A stretch of DNA of 64,000 nt from the NCBI GenBank assembly GCA_965224485.1, contig CBDCZH010000015.1:160001-224000 (forward strand). Reading direction: 5' to 3'. The number at the start of each line of letters is the position of its first letter. Within the stretch, counting starts at the first letter, position 1. Origin of the DNA: Arcobacteraceae bacterium (GTDB taxonomy: Bacteria > Campylobacterota > Campylobacteria > Campylobacterales > Arcobacteraceae). A model generated the notes under the pieces. The model was not told the DNA's origin. It saw only the letters and a list, made by a program, of their open reading frames with translations, and searched no databases. A program made the translations under genes and the position numbers. This document shows, piece by piece, positions 1-10,944 of this stretch.

Positions 1-773
1 GGATGCATAATCATCTTAGCACTTGAATCATTAATCCAAAAATAACCAGATTTTCCAAATCTTTCTTGAGCTACTGTATGTAAGGCTTCTTTTTTCATCT
101 TAGCACTTACATCAGAAAGATACTCACCAGTTCCAATTACCCATGAAAAATCTTTGAAAAGTTTTACGTAAGATACTTTATCTTGAGGTTTTTCAAAACC
201 AGGTTTTGGCCAAACATAATCCACAAAACCTTCACCTTTGGCTTTAGCAACACTAGCAAATTCTTCAAATATTTTTTTTCCATTTTTGTCTTTAAAATTT
301 ACAAGATTTTTACCATCTAAACTTGGTTTAATTGGGTGCATTATAATTACAGCATCTAAATCATTTATCCAAAAATAACCAGATTTCCCATATCTTGTTG
401 CTTGTACAATACTTTTTAGTCTTAGTTTTATTTCATCTTGGCTTAAAGTATCTTTTAACCTATTATATTCACCCTCTAAAATAGAGAATAAAAATCCAGT
501 TTCTTTTTTTAAATCATCTTGTACTTCTACTTTAATTTTATCTTTAGAAGTTCTTTCATAATATGCGTTTACAGTCGTAACAGCTAAAGCAACATAATTT
601 TTAAGCTCTTGCTCTTTTTTAGCATAAGCATCAGCTCTAAAGTTATCAATATTATTTTTAGATAATTTGTTTATTGAATACAGTGATTCAATAGCTAAAA
701 CACTAGCAACAATAACAAGAGATACGAGGGTCAAAAGGAGTAGTTTTGACTTAATTGATAAGGAAAATTTCAT
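1..773 (-). CDS. Multi-Cache-domain sensor, probably a methyl-accepting chemotaxis protein (5' part only, runs off the window edge)
   Basis: Manual translation from ATG at 773 (GGAG RBS upstream): MKFSLSIKSKLLLLTLVSLVIVASVLAI (TM), then repeated Cache motifs RYGKSGYFWIND..MHPIKP..GEGFVDYVWPKPG..KVSYVKLF..WVIGTG and RFGKSGYFWIND. Confidence 0.85.
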   Translation of the reverse strand, partial: MKFSLSIKSKLLLLTLVSLVIVASVLAIESLYSINKLSKNNIDNFRADAYAKKEQELKNYVALAVTTVNAYYERTSKDKIKVEVQDDLKKETGFLFSILEGEYNRLKDTLSQDEIKLRLKSIVQATRYGKSGYFWINDLDAVIIMHPIKPSLDGKNLVNFKDKNGKKIFEEFASVAKAKGEGFVDYVWPKPGFEKPQDKVSYVKLFKDFSWVIGTGEYLSDVSAKMKKEALHTVAQERFGKSGYFWINDSSAKMIMH

Positions 774-1175
774 TTAGTGCTCCAATAATTATTTATTTGT
801 TATTTTCATTCTAGCTTATAAAATTAAAAAAAGTCAAGAAATGTACTTATCTATTTTTTCACCTTATATAATTCTAAGAGAAAGATACATATTGTAACAT
901 AAGTAATAAATAAATAATTTTTTATATATTTAAAAGTTACTTTTTGCTCTATGTTAATAATAAAATGTATTATAAATAACTTTTTTATCATCTTTTTATA
1001 ATGATGTTACTTTTATTAGATTCATTCGCGTATATCAGCTTTTATAGAAAACTTAATTTATAAAAATTGTTTCTTTTCTTTTTCTATTCTCAATAATTGT
1101 TATTTTATGTTATTTTTTATTTATACTATATTTAAAATATGCTAGTATATACTATGAAAGAAAATAGGTAACAAT

Positions 1176-3083
1176 ATGTTTGATAAATTTTTTAAAAAAT
1201 ATACAGAAACTGATTTATTAGAAGCTTTAAAAGATAAAGTATTTAAAGCATCAACAGCAGAAGGAATGTTAAAAAATGTTGATATTCAGTACAAAGATAG
1301 TACGAATAAAACTTTTTTACATATAGTTGTTGAACTAAATTTAGTAGAATCAACAAAGTGGTTAATCTCTCAAGGTGTAAAAATTAATGAAGTAGATATT
1401 CATGGAGATACAGCTTTAATGGTAGCAACCAAGAAAGCAGCAACTTCTTCTGTGCGAGTTTTATTAAGTAAAAAAGCAAATGCTAATATTCTTAATAATG
1501 AAGGACGACTAGCTATTCAAGAAGCTGCTAAAAATAATGCAATAACTATTTTTACTTTATTAAAACCTGTAACAAAAGACTTAAATAATAAAGATGACAA
1601 TGGTATATCACTAATCTATGATGCAATTGATAGTAAAAATATTGATATTGTAAAAAATGTATTAAAAACATTACAAAATAAAGTAGATAAAAATATATTT
1701 TTTTATGCAGGTACGTATAAAAATACAGAAATACTAAAATTTCTATCAGGGAATTTAGATTTAAATACCCAAGATGATAAAGGAAGAACACCTCTATTTT
1801 ATTTAGTTAAAAATGGAGCTTTAAGTTCAGAAGCATTTACTTATGCCCTAAGTAAAGGTGCCAATATCCATCATCTTGATCATAATAAAAATACTGTTTT
1901 GATGGCTTTAGTTCAAGAGATTCTAACAAAAAGTGAAGGGGAAAAGGCCAAAAATGATGCAATTCAAATTAAAAACTTAATTGATATGATTCCTTGGTTA
2001 ATAGAAGAAGAAATTGATTACAACTTATGTAATAGTGATGGTGATAATGTATTAATGCTAGCAACTAAACATAAGAATTTAGAAATTGTTGAAAACCTTC
2101 TTGAATTTGGAGTTGATCCTAATTATATAAACGAAAGAAATGAAACTGCCTTAGCCTTTGCTGCTATGAAGGGGCAATCAAATAGTAAAGTAATTTCTTT
2201 ACTCTTAGATTATGGCGCACGTCCTAATATTGCAGATGAAAATGCAAAAACCATAATAGAGAAACTTATTGATGCTGAACTATTTTTAAGAAATAATAAA
2301 AAACTTAAGATGAAATATAGAGAAGGTTTAGATGAACATGAAAACTATAAAAATGTTCTAGAAGAAGTTTTATTAAATGGAGAAGTAAATTTATCTATGC
2401 TTAACTCAGAAGAAAATCCCTATTTCTTCGATGCAGTATTACATGGAAACTTTAACCTAGTTAAAATGCTTGTAAAATATGGAGCTGATATAAATGTGAA
2501 AAATAAAGAAGGTTATAATATTGTTTATTATCTAATGGCAAAAAATATAACTTTTAGAAGAGTAATAGATCAGCAAAATTATTTAGTAATGTTAAGAAAT
2601 ATAATAGGACTAGGGGCTGATGTAAACTCAAGAGATGATTTTGGGGGAACAACACTACATAAGGCAATTTTAGATAATGATTTACAAACTATAAAAGTTT
2701 TATTAAATGCAGGGGCTGATATAAACGCGGTTGATAATAGAGGTAGAAATATGATTCATAATACCATGTGGCAAAACAAGGTAAAAATATTTAGACTTTT
2801 ATACTCATATAATAAGAAACTGATAAATCAAGCTGATAAATTTGGAGTTTTACCTATTAATTATGCTGCATTCTTAGGTTATGGGGAATTTGTAATAGAA
2901 TTAATTGATTCAGGTTCATATGTAAATAATCCATATAGAAAAACACCTTATATTTTTAACTTCTTAAAAAAATTTCATAAAAATATAAAACCGCTTTTAG
3001 AAAATACAAGAAATCCAGCAAATCAAAAAAAGATGAAAACTTTACTTAATAATATGATAAAAGAGTTTAGTGTAAAAATCTAG
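1176..3083 (+). CDS. Ankyrin repeat protein
   Basis: Many G-x-T-[AP]-L-H/M...LL..GA.xN repeats (GDTALMVA, GRTPLFYL, GGTTLHKA, LLNAGADINAVD). Confidence 0.92.
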   Translation: MFDKFFKKYTETDLLEALKDKVFKASTAEGMLKNVDIQYKDSTNKTFLHIVVELNLVESTKWLISQGVKINEVDIHGDTALMVATKKAATSSVRVLLSKKANANILNNEGRLAIQEAAKNNAITIFTLLKPVTKDLNNKDDNGISLIYDAIDSKNIDIVKNVLKTLQNKVDKNIFFYAGTYKNTEILKFLSGNLDLNTQDDKGRTPLFYLVKNGALSSEAFTYALSKGANIHHLDHNKNTVLMALVQEILTKSEGEKAKNDAIQIKNLIDMIPWLIEEEIDYNLCNSDGDNVLMLATKHKNLEIVENLLEFGVDPNYINERNETALAFAAMKGQSNSKVISLLLDYGARPNIADENAKTIIEKLIDAELFLRNNKKLKMKYREGLDEHENYKNVLEEVLLNGEVNLSMLNSEENPYFFDAVLHGNFNLVKMLVKYGADINVKNKEGYNIVYYLMAKNITFRRVIDQQNYLVMLRNIIGLGADVNSRDDFGGTTLHKAILDNDLQTIKVLLNAGADINAVDNRGRNMIHNTMWQNKVKIFRLLYSYNKKLINQADKFGVLPINYAAFLGYGEFVIELIDSGSYVNNPYRKTPYIFNFLKKFHKNIKPLLENTRNPANQKKMKTLLNNMIKEFSVKI

Positions 3084-3133
3084 TTTATATGTAAAAATCT
3101 ACTTTAAAAAAGTAGATTTTAGTATATTCAATT

Positions 3134-4669
3134 TTACTTATTTTCTAAAAGATTTTTAGCAAAATCATATGCTTCTTTTGTAATATTCTCACCACTAATC
3201 ATTCTAGATATTTCATCAATCTGTCCTTCTTTATCTAAAAGTTTAATAGAAGATTTACCATCTTTTTTCTCAACTAAAAAGTGTTGATTACAATTTGCCG
3301 TAAGTTGGGGTTGATGGGAAATTGCAAAAATCTGGTATGATTTTGATAAGTCTTTTAAAACACTAGCAATTGCATCTGATTCTTTTCCACTTAAGTTTGC
3401 ATCTATTTCATCTAAAAAAAGTATTCCATTAGAAGTAATATCAAACTTTGTTATACTTGTTAATAAAGCAAGCCTTAGTCTATTGAACTCACCTGAACTT
3501 ATAGTATCTAAAGATACACCATCTAATAAAAACAATATTTTGTCTTCACCACTTAGGTCTAATTCTTTTTTCTCTAAAGTAATTTTTGCATTATTAAGAT
3601 ATAAAAATCTAAGATAATAATTTATTTTTTCTTCTAATAAAAGTAATGATTTCGCTCTTTTAACAGTAAGTTCTTCAGAAAGAATATAAATTTCACTTTC
3701 TAGTTTTGCTACTTTCTTTTCTAGCATAGATTTTGAAAAACTTATATTATCATAAGATAAAAGTTCTTCTTCTTTTTCTTTTTTATATTCTAAAGCTTTC
3801 TCTATACTTCCAAATCTTTTTTGTAAACTTGAAAGTTTTTCAATTCTGTCTAAAACATTTTCAATGTCTAAATCTTCTAGTTCATATAAAGAATCATTAA
3901 ACTCTTCAAAAGAGTTATTTACTTCATTCATTATTTCATCAAAAGAAGAAGAGTCTTTATTCATAAGAGATAAGACCTTTGAAACTTTTGAGCTGTAGTC
4001 AAAAATTCCCTTAGCCTCAGACATTGCTTCTTCTACCTTATCTTTTAAACTAAGTGTTTTTTTAATATTATTAAGCTCTTCATATTCATCAATTTTTGGA
4101 TTTAGTGAAGATATCTTTTGGATTTCATAACTTGCAAATTCTTTTAATTCTTCAAGTTTACTCTCATCATCATTTATCTTTTTAAGCTCATTTTTACTAA
4201 GTTGTAAACTCTTGTAAGACTCATGATATGAAGATTTTAAGCTTATAAATTTTTTATCATTTTTAGAAGCTAGTTTATCAAGAAAATCTATTAATTTTGA
4301 ACTATCAAAATCAGAATCGTCTTTTAAGTGAAGATGCTTAACTAAAGAAGAGCAAAAAGAGTGTAAGTTTTTTTTAGATAAACTTTGAGCGTTTAAAAAA
4401 TATCTAACTTTTTCTTTTTTAATCTCTTTAATTACAATTTCATCACCTTCTTCAATATTATATAGTTCATTTTCATAATTTTTATTTTCTATAACAGTTT
4501 CACTAAGGGCTGCTTTTGCTTCTTTGATACCAAATAAGGCTAAAAAAGAGTCCATAAGAATTGATTTTCCAGCACCAGAAGGTCCTGTAAAAACGATGAG
4601 TCCTTTTTCAAACTGTAAATCAACTTCATCAAAACACAAATAATCTTTTAAATAAAATCTACTAATCAA
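3134..4669 (-). CDS. recN: DNA repair protein RecN
   Basis: Walker A TGPSGAGKS, coiled coil, signature ISSGEFNRLRLA, Walker B LFLDEIDANLSG, ISHQPQL; follows nadK as usual. Confidence 0.93.
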   Translation of the reverse strand: MISRFYLKDYLCFDEVDLQFEKGLIVFTGPSGAGKSILMDSFLALFGIKEAKAALSETVIENKNYENELYNIEEGDEIVIKEIKKEKVRYFLNAQSLSKKNLHSFCSSLVKHLHLKDDSDFDSSKLIDFLDKLASKNDKKFISLKSSYHESYKSLQLSKNELKKINDDESKLEELKEFASYEIQKISSLNPKIDEYEELNNIKKTLSLKDKVEEAMSEAKGIFDYSSKVSKVLSLMNKDSSSFDEIMNEVNNSFEEFNDSLYELEDLDIENVLDRIEKLSSLQKRFGSIEKALEYKKEKEEELLSYDNISFSKSMLEKKVAKLESEIYILSEELTVKRAKSLLLLEEKINYYLRFLYLNNAKITLEKKELDLSGEDKILFLLDGVSLDTISSGEFNRLRLALLTSITKFDITSNGILFLDEIDANLSGKESDAIASVLKDLSKSYQIFAISHQPQLTANCNQHFLVEKKDGKSSIKLLDKEGQIDEISRMISGENITKEAYDFAKNLLENK

Positions 4670-5536
4670 TTAATTTCCCCATTGTAGTTTTTCGCTTAAT
4701 ACTTTAAAATAATTTCTCTCAATTCTATGTATTAATTTTGCTTTCTTTAATTCTATCTCAATTTTAATACTATCATCTTTTTTTACTTCATAAATATCTT
4801 GTCCATCAATAATCACAATTGCCCCTTGTGCATCACATACTGTAAACTCAATTTTGAAATCTGCTGGTAAAACAAGAGGTCTTTGAGTTAAACTGTGAGG
4901 GGCAATTGGAGTTACTATAAAAGCTTCTGTTAAAGGATAAACAACAGGACCTCCAACAGAAAGGTTATATGCAGTTGCACCAGTTGGACTTGAGATTATT
5001 ACCCCATCCCCATAATATGAGTTAAAAGGAATCCCATCAATTTTTGCTTCTATTCTAATCATAGAAGAAATATTTTTCTTTGAAATAACAATATCATTGA
5101 AGGCTACAAAATTTTGTAAACTAGCAGAACCTTTTATCATCATTCTTGAATCAATTCTGTATTTATCATTTTTTAGTGAATGTAAAAAGCTTTCAACTTC
5201 ATCAAAAGCTATATCTGTTAAAAAACCTAAAGTTCCAAGATTTATTCCTAAAACAGGTTTATTAAAAGAAAAAGAACGTCTTACTACAGAGATTAAGGTT
5301 CCATCTCCACCAATAGAAACTAAGAAATCAACCTCTTTACAGAGTTTTTCTAATGAAACACCCTCTTCTTCTATCAGAGAGGCACTCTTAGCTTCTAATA
5401 AAACTTCTATTCCAGCGTTTAAGAAATGTTTTTTTATAATTTTAAATTCTTTTTTAATATGCGAAGCATTTGGTTTTAAAACAAAACCAGCTTTTTTAAT
5501 AGAAGATAATTTTTCACTATTTTTAGTAATTTTCAT
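4670..5536 (-). CDS. nadK: NAD(+) kinase
   Basis: GGDGT, GINLGTLGFLT, DGVIISSPTGATAYNLSVGGP motifs. Confidence 0.96.
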   Translation of the reverse strand: MKITKNSEKLSSIKKAGFVLKPNASHIKKEFKIIKKHFLNAGIEVLLEAKSASLIEEEGVSLEKLCKEVDFLVSIGGDGTLISVVRRSFSFNKPVLGINLGTLGFLTDIAFDEVESFLHSLKNDKYRIDSRMMIKGSASLQNFVAFNDIVISKKNISSMIRIEAKIDGIPFNSYYGDGVIISSPTGATAYNLSVGGPVVYPLTEAFIVTPIAPHSLTQRPLVLPADFKIEFTVCDAQGAIVIIDGQDIYEVKKDDSIKIEIELKKAKLIHRIERNYFKVLSEKLQWGN

Positions 5537-5567
5537 AAAAAGATTATATCTAATTTATCTTTTATTT

Positions 5568-6908
5568 CTATCTTTCATGTAAAGCATCTTGTTTTGTTTT
5601 TAAAATAGGTTTTAATAAAAAATCTAAAATAGTTTTTTGTCCTGTTATTATATCAACTGAAGCAATCATTCCTGGAATAATAGGAAGTTTAACTCCATTT
5701 CGTTCTAAATAGTTTTTATTTGTTTTAACTAAAACTCTATAATATGATTTTTGGTTTTTATCATCTTTATCTTTAATACTATCAGCTGATATTTCTGTAA
5801 TTTTTGCTTCTAATCCACCATAAATAGAAAAATCGTAAGCTGTTATTTTTACTATTGCTTTTAAATTAGGACTTATAAAAGCTATATCTTTAGGGTCAAT
5901 TTTTGCTTCAACTACTAAAATATCACTTTGGGGAACGATTACAATTAAATCCATTCCAGATTTTATAACACCCCCAATAGTATTAATATTAATTTGTTTA
6001 ATAATTCCGTTAACAGGTGATTTAACAACAGTTTTATCTAATTTGTCTTCTTCTGAGATTAAAATTGATTCATATTTTTTAAGTTCAGTGTTTAGTGTTT
6101 CTAACTGATTTAAAGCTTCACTTTTAAAACTTTTAATCTTTTCAGTTATTCTGTTTTTCGCTTCATCAACAGCATATCTAGCTTTTGGAATTGCATATTT
6201 AGTTACTTGCTGTTCTCCTACAATAGTATTCAACTCTTTTTTAATTGATAATAAATCAAACTTTGATTTAGAACCAGTTTTAATAAGTTTTTTAATTGTA
6301 CTCATCTCTTCTTTAACAATTGCAACTGTTTTGTCTAACTGTTTTTTTTGTGATTTTAAACTAACTATTTCTTGAATACTTTGACCTAATTGTGTTTCTA
6401 AAATAGTTAAAGCACTTTTATACTCAGCAATACGAATATTAAAAAGAGCATTTTGTTCTTTTATTAAATAAGGAGCACCCTCAATTACTTTTTTAGGAAA
6501 AACTAATTTTTCTGCCTTATATTTAATATTTAGTTCATACTCAGCATCTAATCTTGTTTTTTTAGCAAGAAGAGAGAACATAAACTCTTTATTTTCATCT
6601 AAAGAAGCTTTAAACCTTGTAGTATCAATTTTCATTAAAGGCTGTCCTTTTTTTACAAAAGAACCCTCTTTAACTAATATTTGGGATACTATTCCACCAT
6701 CTAAACTTTGAATTGTTTGAAGTTTTTCAGAAGGTATAACTTTCCCTTGTCCACGTGCTAGTTCATCAATATTAGACAAACTTGCCCAAATAATTGCAAG
6801 TGAAAAAAAAGCAACTATTGTAAATAATAAATAGTCCATCTTTTTATTAGATGTAATATTCATCTGTGCTTCTAAAGAATGTACAAAATCAATATCTTCT
6901 TGTGCCAT
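5568..6908 (-). CDS. HlyD-family type I secretion membrane fusion protein
   Basis: N-terminal TM, GKVIPS..QSLDGG.V..ILVKEG..VKKGQPL, V.SPVNG, KITAYDFSIYGGL, IPGM.ASVDI.TG.KT.LDFLLKP. Confidence 0.95.
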   Translation of the reverse strand: MAQEDIDFVHSLEAQMNITSNKKMDYLLFTIVAFFSLAIIWASLSNIDELARGQGKVIPSEKLQTIQSLDGGIVSQILVKEGSFVKKGQPLMKIDTTRFKASLDENKEFMFSLLAKKTRLDAEYELNIKYKAEKLVFPKKVIEGAPYLIKEQNALFNIRIAEYKSALTILETQLGQSIQEIVSLKSQKKQLDKTVAIVKEEMSTIKKLIKTGSKSKFDLLSIKKELNTIVGEQQVTKYAIPKARYAVDEAKNRITEKIKSFKSEALNQLETLNTELKKYESILISEEDKLDKTVVKSPVNGIIKQININTIGGVIKSGMDLIVIVPQSDILVVEAKIDPKDIAFISPNLKAIVKITAYDFSIYGGLEAKITEISADSIKDKDDKNQKSYYRVLVKTNKNYLERNGVKLPIIPGMIASVDIITGQKTILDFLLKPILKTKQDALHER

Positions 6909-6918
6909 ATTAATCCTC

Positions 6919-9111
6919 TTATTTCGTATTTGCTTTTAAAGATAAAGCATGAAGAACTTCTTCTTTAGGGCCATCTGCTATGATTTTTCCATCATCCATA
7001 ACAATAAGTCTGTCAACAAGAGATAAAATAGATGGTCTATGGGTTACTAAAATTAATGTTTTATCTTTTACTATGTTTTTAACTCTTCGCTTAAATACCT
7101 CTTCTGTTTGCCCATCCATAGAGTTTGTTGGTTCATCCATAATTAAGATATTTGGATTTGTTAAAATAGCACGCGCAAGAGTAACTGATTGTCTCTCACC
7201 TCCACTTAAACCTTCACCTCTCTCACCTACAATTAAATCATATCCAGCTTCATGTTTACCTAAAAAATCATGTACTCCTGCTACTTTAGCAGCAGCTAAA
7301 ATATCTTCATCATTTGCATTATACTCACCAATAGAAATATTATCTTTAATGCTGCCCATAAACAAAAATGGCTCCTGAGGAACACAACCTATTGATCTTC
7401 TTAAATCAACAGGATCAATTTGCCTTATATCAGTTTTGTCAATTAATACTGAACCTTTTTGAGGTTCATATAAATTCATTATAAGTTTCCATAAAGTTGA
7501 TTTTCCTGAACCAATTTTACCTATAATTCCAATTTTTTCACCTTGTTTAATTTTTATATTAATATTTTTTAATACATCAAATTTTTGATCTTTATAAGAA
7601 AAACTAATATCTTTAAATTCAATATCACCATTTAAATCACTTCTTGATAAATAATCTCTATCATCATCTCTCTCAACACTCATATTCATAATTTCATCAA
7701 TGTTTTTTAAGCTTAACATTGTTTTATCAAATCTGATAATCATTCCAACTATTTGAGATACTGGTGCAATTACACGACCATTTAACATCATAGCTGCAAT
7801 AATTGCTCCCATTGTCATTTCACCTTCACTTGCTAAATAAACACCCATTATTACAATAGCAATATTTGAAAATTGAGATATGAAGGCTGTAAAAAAAGTA
7901 ACTATTTGAGATAAAAAATGAGATTTTTTTCCATATTTGGTAGTTTTCTCAACAGAGTTTTCCCAGTGAGACTTCATTCTATTTTGAGCTCTAACACTTT
8001 TAATAATTTCTAAACCAGATACAGACTCGGTTAAAATAGTTTGTTTTATTTGCTCTTCTTTTGCACTTTTTTCAACCGCATCTTTTATTGGTTTTTGCAT
8101 AAAATAAGAAAAACCAAAAGCTATTAGTACTGTAAATATTGAGATATACCCAACAGCTCCACCTATATAAAAAATTATAATTATAAATAAAATAATAAAT
8201 GGTAAATCAACAATAGAAGCAATAGTAGCAGATGTAAAAAATTCTCTTACACTTTCAAAAGATTGTAAGCGTGAAACAAACTGACCAGTTGAAGCTGGTT
8301 TTTGATCAAGTCTTATATTCATTAATTGGTTAAAAATTTTGCTTGACATTATAAGATCAGCCCTTTTTCCAGCCATTTCTATAAAAGAAGCCCTCAAAAG
8401 TTTTAAAATAAAATCAAAAATCATAACAAGTAAAATTCCAAAAGATAGAACCCATAAGGTTGAGAGCGCATTATTTGGCAAGACCCTATCATAAACATTC
8501 ATGGTAAAAATTGGAGTAGCTAATAAAAACATATTTATTAATAAAGCAGCAAGAATAACTCTTTTATAAATTACCTTATTACTCTTCATTGTTCCCCAAA
8601 ACCAATCTCTTGCATGACCTAGTTTAATATCTTTTTTTATTCTATTTTCAAAATTATAGTTTGGTTTAATTACTAACATAAAAGATGTGTAAAGTTTATT
8701 TAAATCATTTATAGAAATAATTGTTTCGCCTAATGATAAATTAGGCATAATTACCTTAGCTTCATGAGAAGAATAATTAATATCTAATAAAATGCAAGCT
8801 TCATTATTCTGCAAAATCAAAACAGAAGGAAGTGCTTCATTTGAAATATCTTGAATATCTCTTTTTACAGAATTAACATTTAAAGATATTTTACTTGCAG
8901 ATTCTATAAACATTTTAGGAGTCATAATAGAGTTATACATTGCTAAACTTGAGATAAAAGATTCAACACTAGCTCTTCTGTCATAATATTTAGATAAAAA
9001 CACTAAACACTCTAATAAATTATCTACTTTTGTTTTTTTGCTTATTTCTTCAAGATCTTTTGTATTTTGGTTTTTAAAATCATTACTTATTTCTGCCAAA
9101 ACTTTCTCCAC
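6919..9111 (-). CDS. Type I secretion ABC permease/ATPase (LapB/BapC-like, with N-terminal C39-like domain)
   Basis: PIFTMNVYDRVLPN, Walker A GKIGSGKST, LSGGERQ, Walker B ILIMDEPT, VTHR. Confidence 0.95.
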   Translation of the reverse strand: MEKVLAEISNDFKNQNTKDLEEISKKTKVDNLLECLVFLSKYYDRRASVESFISSLAMYNSIMTPKMFIESASKISLNVNSVKRDIQDISNEALPSVLILQNNEACILLDINYSSHEAKVIMPNLSLGETIISINDLNKLYTSFMLVIKPNYNFENRIKKDIKLGHARDWFWGTMKSNKVIYKRVILAALLINMFLLATPIFTMNVYDRVLPNNALSTLWVLSFGILLVMIFDFILKLLRASFIEMAGKRADLIMSSKIFNQLMNIRLDQKPASTGQFVSRLQSFESVREFFTSATIASIVDLPFIILFIIIIFYIGGAVGYISIFTVLIAFGFSYFMQKPIKDAVEKSAKEEQIKQTILTESVSGLEIIKSVRAQNRMKSHWENSVEKTTKYGKKSHFLSQIVTFFTAFISQFSNIAIVIMGVYLASEGEMTMGAIIAAMMLNGRVIAPVSQIVGMIIRFDKTMLSLKNIDEIMNMSVERDDDRDYLSRSDLNGDIEFKDISFSYKDQKFDVLKNINIKIKQGEKIGIIGKIGSGKSTLWKLIMNLYEPQKGSVLIDKTDIRQIDPVDLRRSIGCVPQEPFLFMGSIKDNISIGEYNANDEDILAAAKVAGVHDFLGKHEAGYDLIVGERGEGLSGGERQSVTLARAILTNPNILIMDEPTNSMDGQTEEVFKRRVKNIVKDKTLILVTHRPSILSLVDRLIVMDDGKIIADGPKEEVLHALSLKANTK

Positions 9112-9132
9112 TTTTAATATTTAGAGTACATT

Positions 9133-10944
9133 TTAATCATTATTTATTAAACTAACATAAGGCTTGTTTTTTTGTAAACTTTTAGGTAGATTTTTTATAT
9201 CAGTAAATGCTTCAAGGTAGGTATCATAAGAACCATATGCTATTTTGGTTAGTCTTTTATTTTTAGATGAAAAAGTATGTTTTAATATATCATCATCTAA
9301 ACTATATTGTTTTTTTAATCTTGTTAAACTTTTTTTAACATCAGAACTTTGTAATAAAGTTATAGTATAACGTTTACTAATTTTAAAAGAAGCATTTATT
9401 TTATTTGAATTATCTTTTTTATTTATTAAGTTGTCTTTAACTTTAGGTTTAATCTTTTTTGTATAATCATCACTTTCATATACTTCATCTAATAAATCGC
9501 TAAGCATATTATCTATCTCTTTTTTATTCTCTTTTTTTGTATTTTCTTTTTTATTTTTTTCTAGTGGTTCTTCGTTCAATAAGTTATTTATTTCATCTTC
9601 TTCACTTTGCTTGTCATTTATAATACTAAGATCAGCACTAATTGTTTTACAAATTTGTGAAGCAGAAGAGAAAACAGTTTCACTTAAATTTGAAGTTATA
9701 TTAAGAAGTTTATAATACGCCATTAAATTAACATATTCTTCTTCTATTAAATCTTTTTTTGCCTTATTTAAAGTAGCTTGTGAAGAAAGTACTTCTAAGA
9801 ATGTTTTCGTTCCACCTTCAAATTGTTCTTGTGTTATTAATAAAATATCTTTTAAAAGAACAACATATTTTTTTAAATACTTAATTCTTTCTACTGAACT
9901 ATCTAAAATTGTTTTTTCACTATTTAACTCTTTACTTACACTTCGTACTTTATTATCTAAAGTTTTTTGAGCTTCAAACAAAAACTTTTTCTCTTTTAAG
10001 TAGGAACTTCTATCTTTTAAACCATTAAATAAATTATATGATAATGTGATTCTTGCACTTGTTTCTTCTTTATAAAAACCTTGGGCATCAAGATCATCAT
10101 CATACTCTTTTTGGATTTTTGCTTTTATTGTAGGTAAAAAATTTGCACGTTTTTGATTTATTAAATCTCGTTGGGCTTTTATTCTTTCTAACTCTGCTAA
10201 AATCGCATAATTAGAGCTCAAAGCTTTTGCTAGTAGAATTTTTTTAGACTTCAAATCTTTGATATTTATAAGTGGTCTACAAATTAATGAGCTATTACTT
10301 AAGCCAGAAAGTTTTAAAAGTGTTTCATACTTAGAATCAGCATCTCTTTTTTCTTTAATAAATTTAGCCTTAGAATCTACAAGTTTTGATTCAACTTGTA
10401 ATCTATCAAGTTTTTCTCCACTTACTTTTTCACTTTCAACTGCAATCTCAAAGTACCTTTCATGTATTTCTATATTATTTTTACTTAAAAGTGAAAACTC
10501 TTTAAATTTTACAGAATCTAAATAAGCTTCAATCGTATCAAATAATAAATTTTCTACTTGAGCAATATTCTTTATTTTATTTTCATTATAATTATGTTTT
10601 GCTTCTTTAACTTTAGAAGGTGTATCCCAACCATCAAAAATCATTTGCTCATATTTTATTATTGCATTATAACCATTTTGTTTTTTTTCAGTATTTGTTT
10701 TTCTTATGAGATTTTCATTCATACTATTTTTATTTTCTAAATAATAATCAATACTAATCTTCGGTAAATACGAGCTAAAGGCCTCATCTATATAATATTT
10801 ATAAGCATCAGTATTACTTCTTAAGGCTTTGATTTCAGGATTTGTACTAAGAGTATTCTTTAGGGTCTCTTTTAAAGGAAGAGAATAAAGATTTTGTATA
10901 CTTATAATTAAGAATAAACATATTACTATATTTTTTGTTTTCAT
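9133..10944 (-). CDS. TolC-family outer membrane channel with acidic linker and C-terminal SPOR-like domain
   Basis: Signal peptide, L..NPEI, YLPKISI, FLPTI..ITLSYNLFNG, QF.GG.KTFLEVL TolC repeats; tail YTITLL...YGSYDTY.EA...I..LP..LQ...PYV resembles a DamX-type SPOR domain. Confidence 0.88.
   Translation of the reverse strand: MKTKNIVICLFLIISIQNLYSLPLKETLKNTLSTNPEIKALRSNTDAYKYYIDEAFSSYLPKISIDYYLENKNSMNENLIRKTNTEKKQNGYNAIIKYEQMIFDGWDTPSKVKEAKHNYNENKIKNIAQVENLLFDTIEAYLDSVKFKEFSLLSKNNIEIHERYFEIAVESEKVSGEKLDRLQVESKLVDSKAKFIKEKRDADSKYETLLKLSGLSNSSLICRPLINIKDLKSKKILLAKALSSNYAILAELERIKAQRDLINQKRANFLPTIKAKIQKEYDDDLDAQGFYKEETSARITLSYNLFNGLKDRSSYLKEKKFLFEAQKTLDNKVRSVSKELNSEKTILDSSVERIKYLKKYVVLLKDILLITQEQFEGGTKTFLEVLSSQATLNKAKKDLIEEEYVNLMAYYKLLNITSNLSETVFSSASQICKTISADLSIINDKQSEEDEINNLLNEEPLEKNKKENTKKENKKEIDNMLSDLLDEVYESDDYTKKIKPKVKDNLINKKDNSNKINASFKISKRYTITLLQSSDVKKSLTRLKKQYSLDDDILKHTFSSKNKRLTKIAYGSYDTYLEAFTDIKNLPKSLQKNKPYVSLINND

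Noticed and set aside
1176..3083. Ankyrin protein as the T1SS substrate or a host effector
   Set aside because: No RTX repeats or recognisable secretion signal, opposite strand, and separated from the T1SS by nadK-recN; nothing in the sequence links them.
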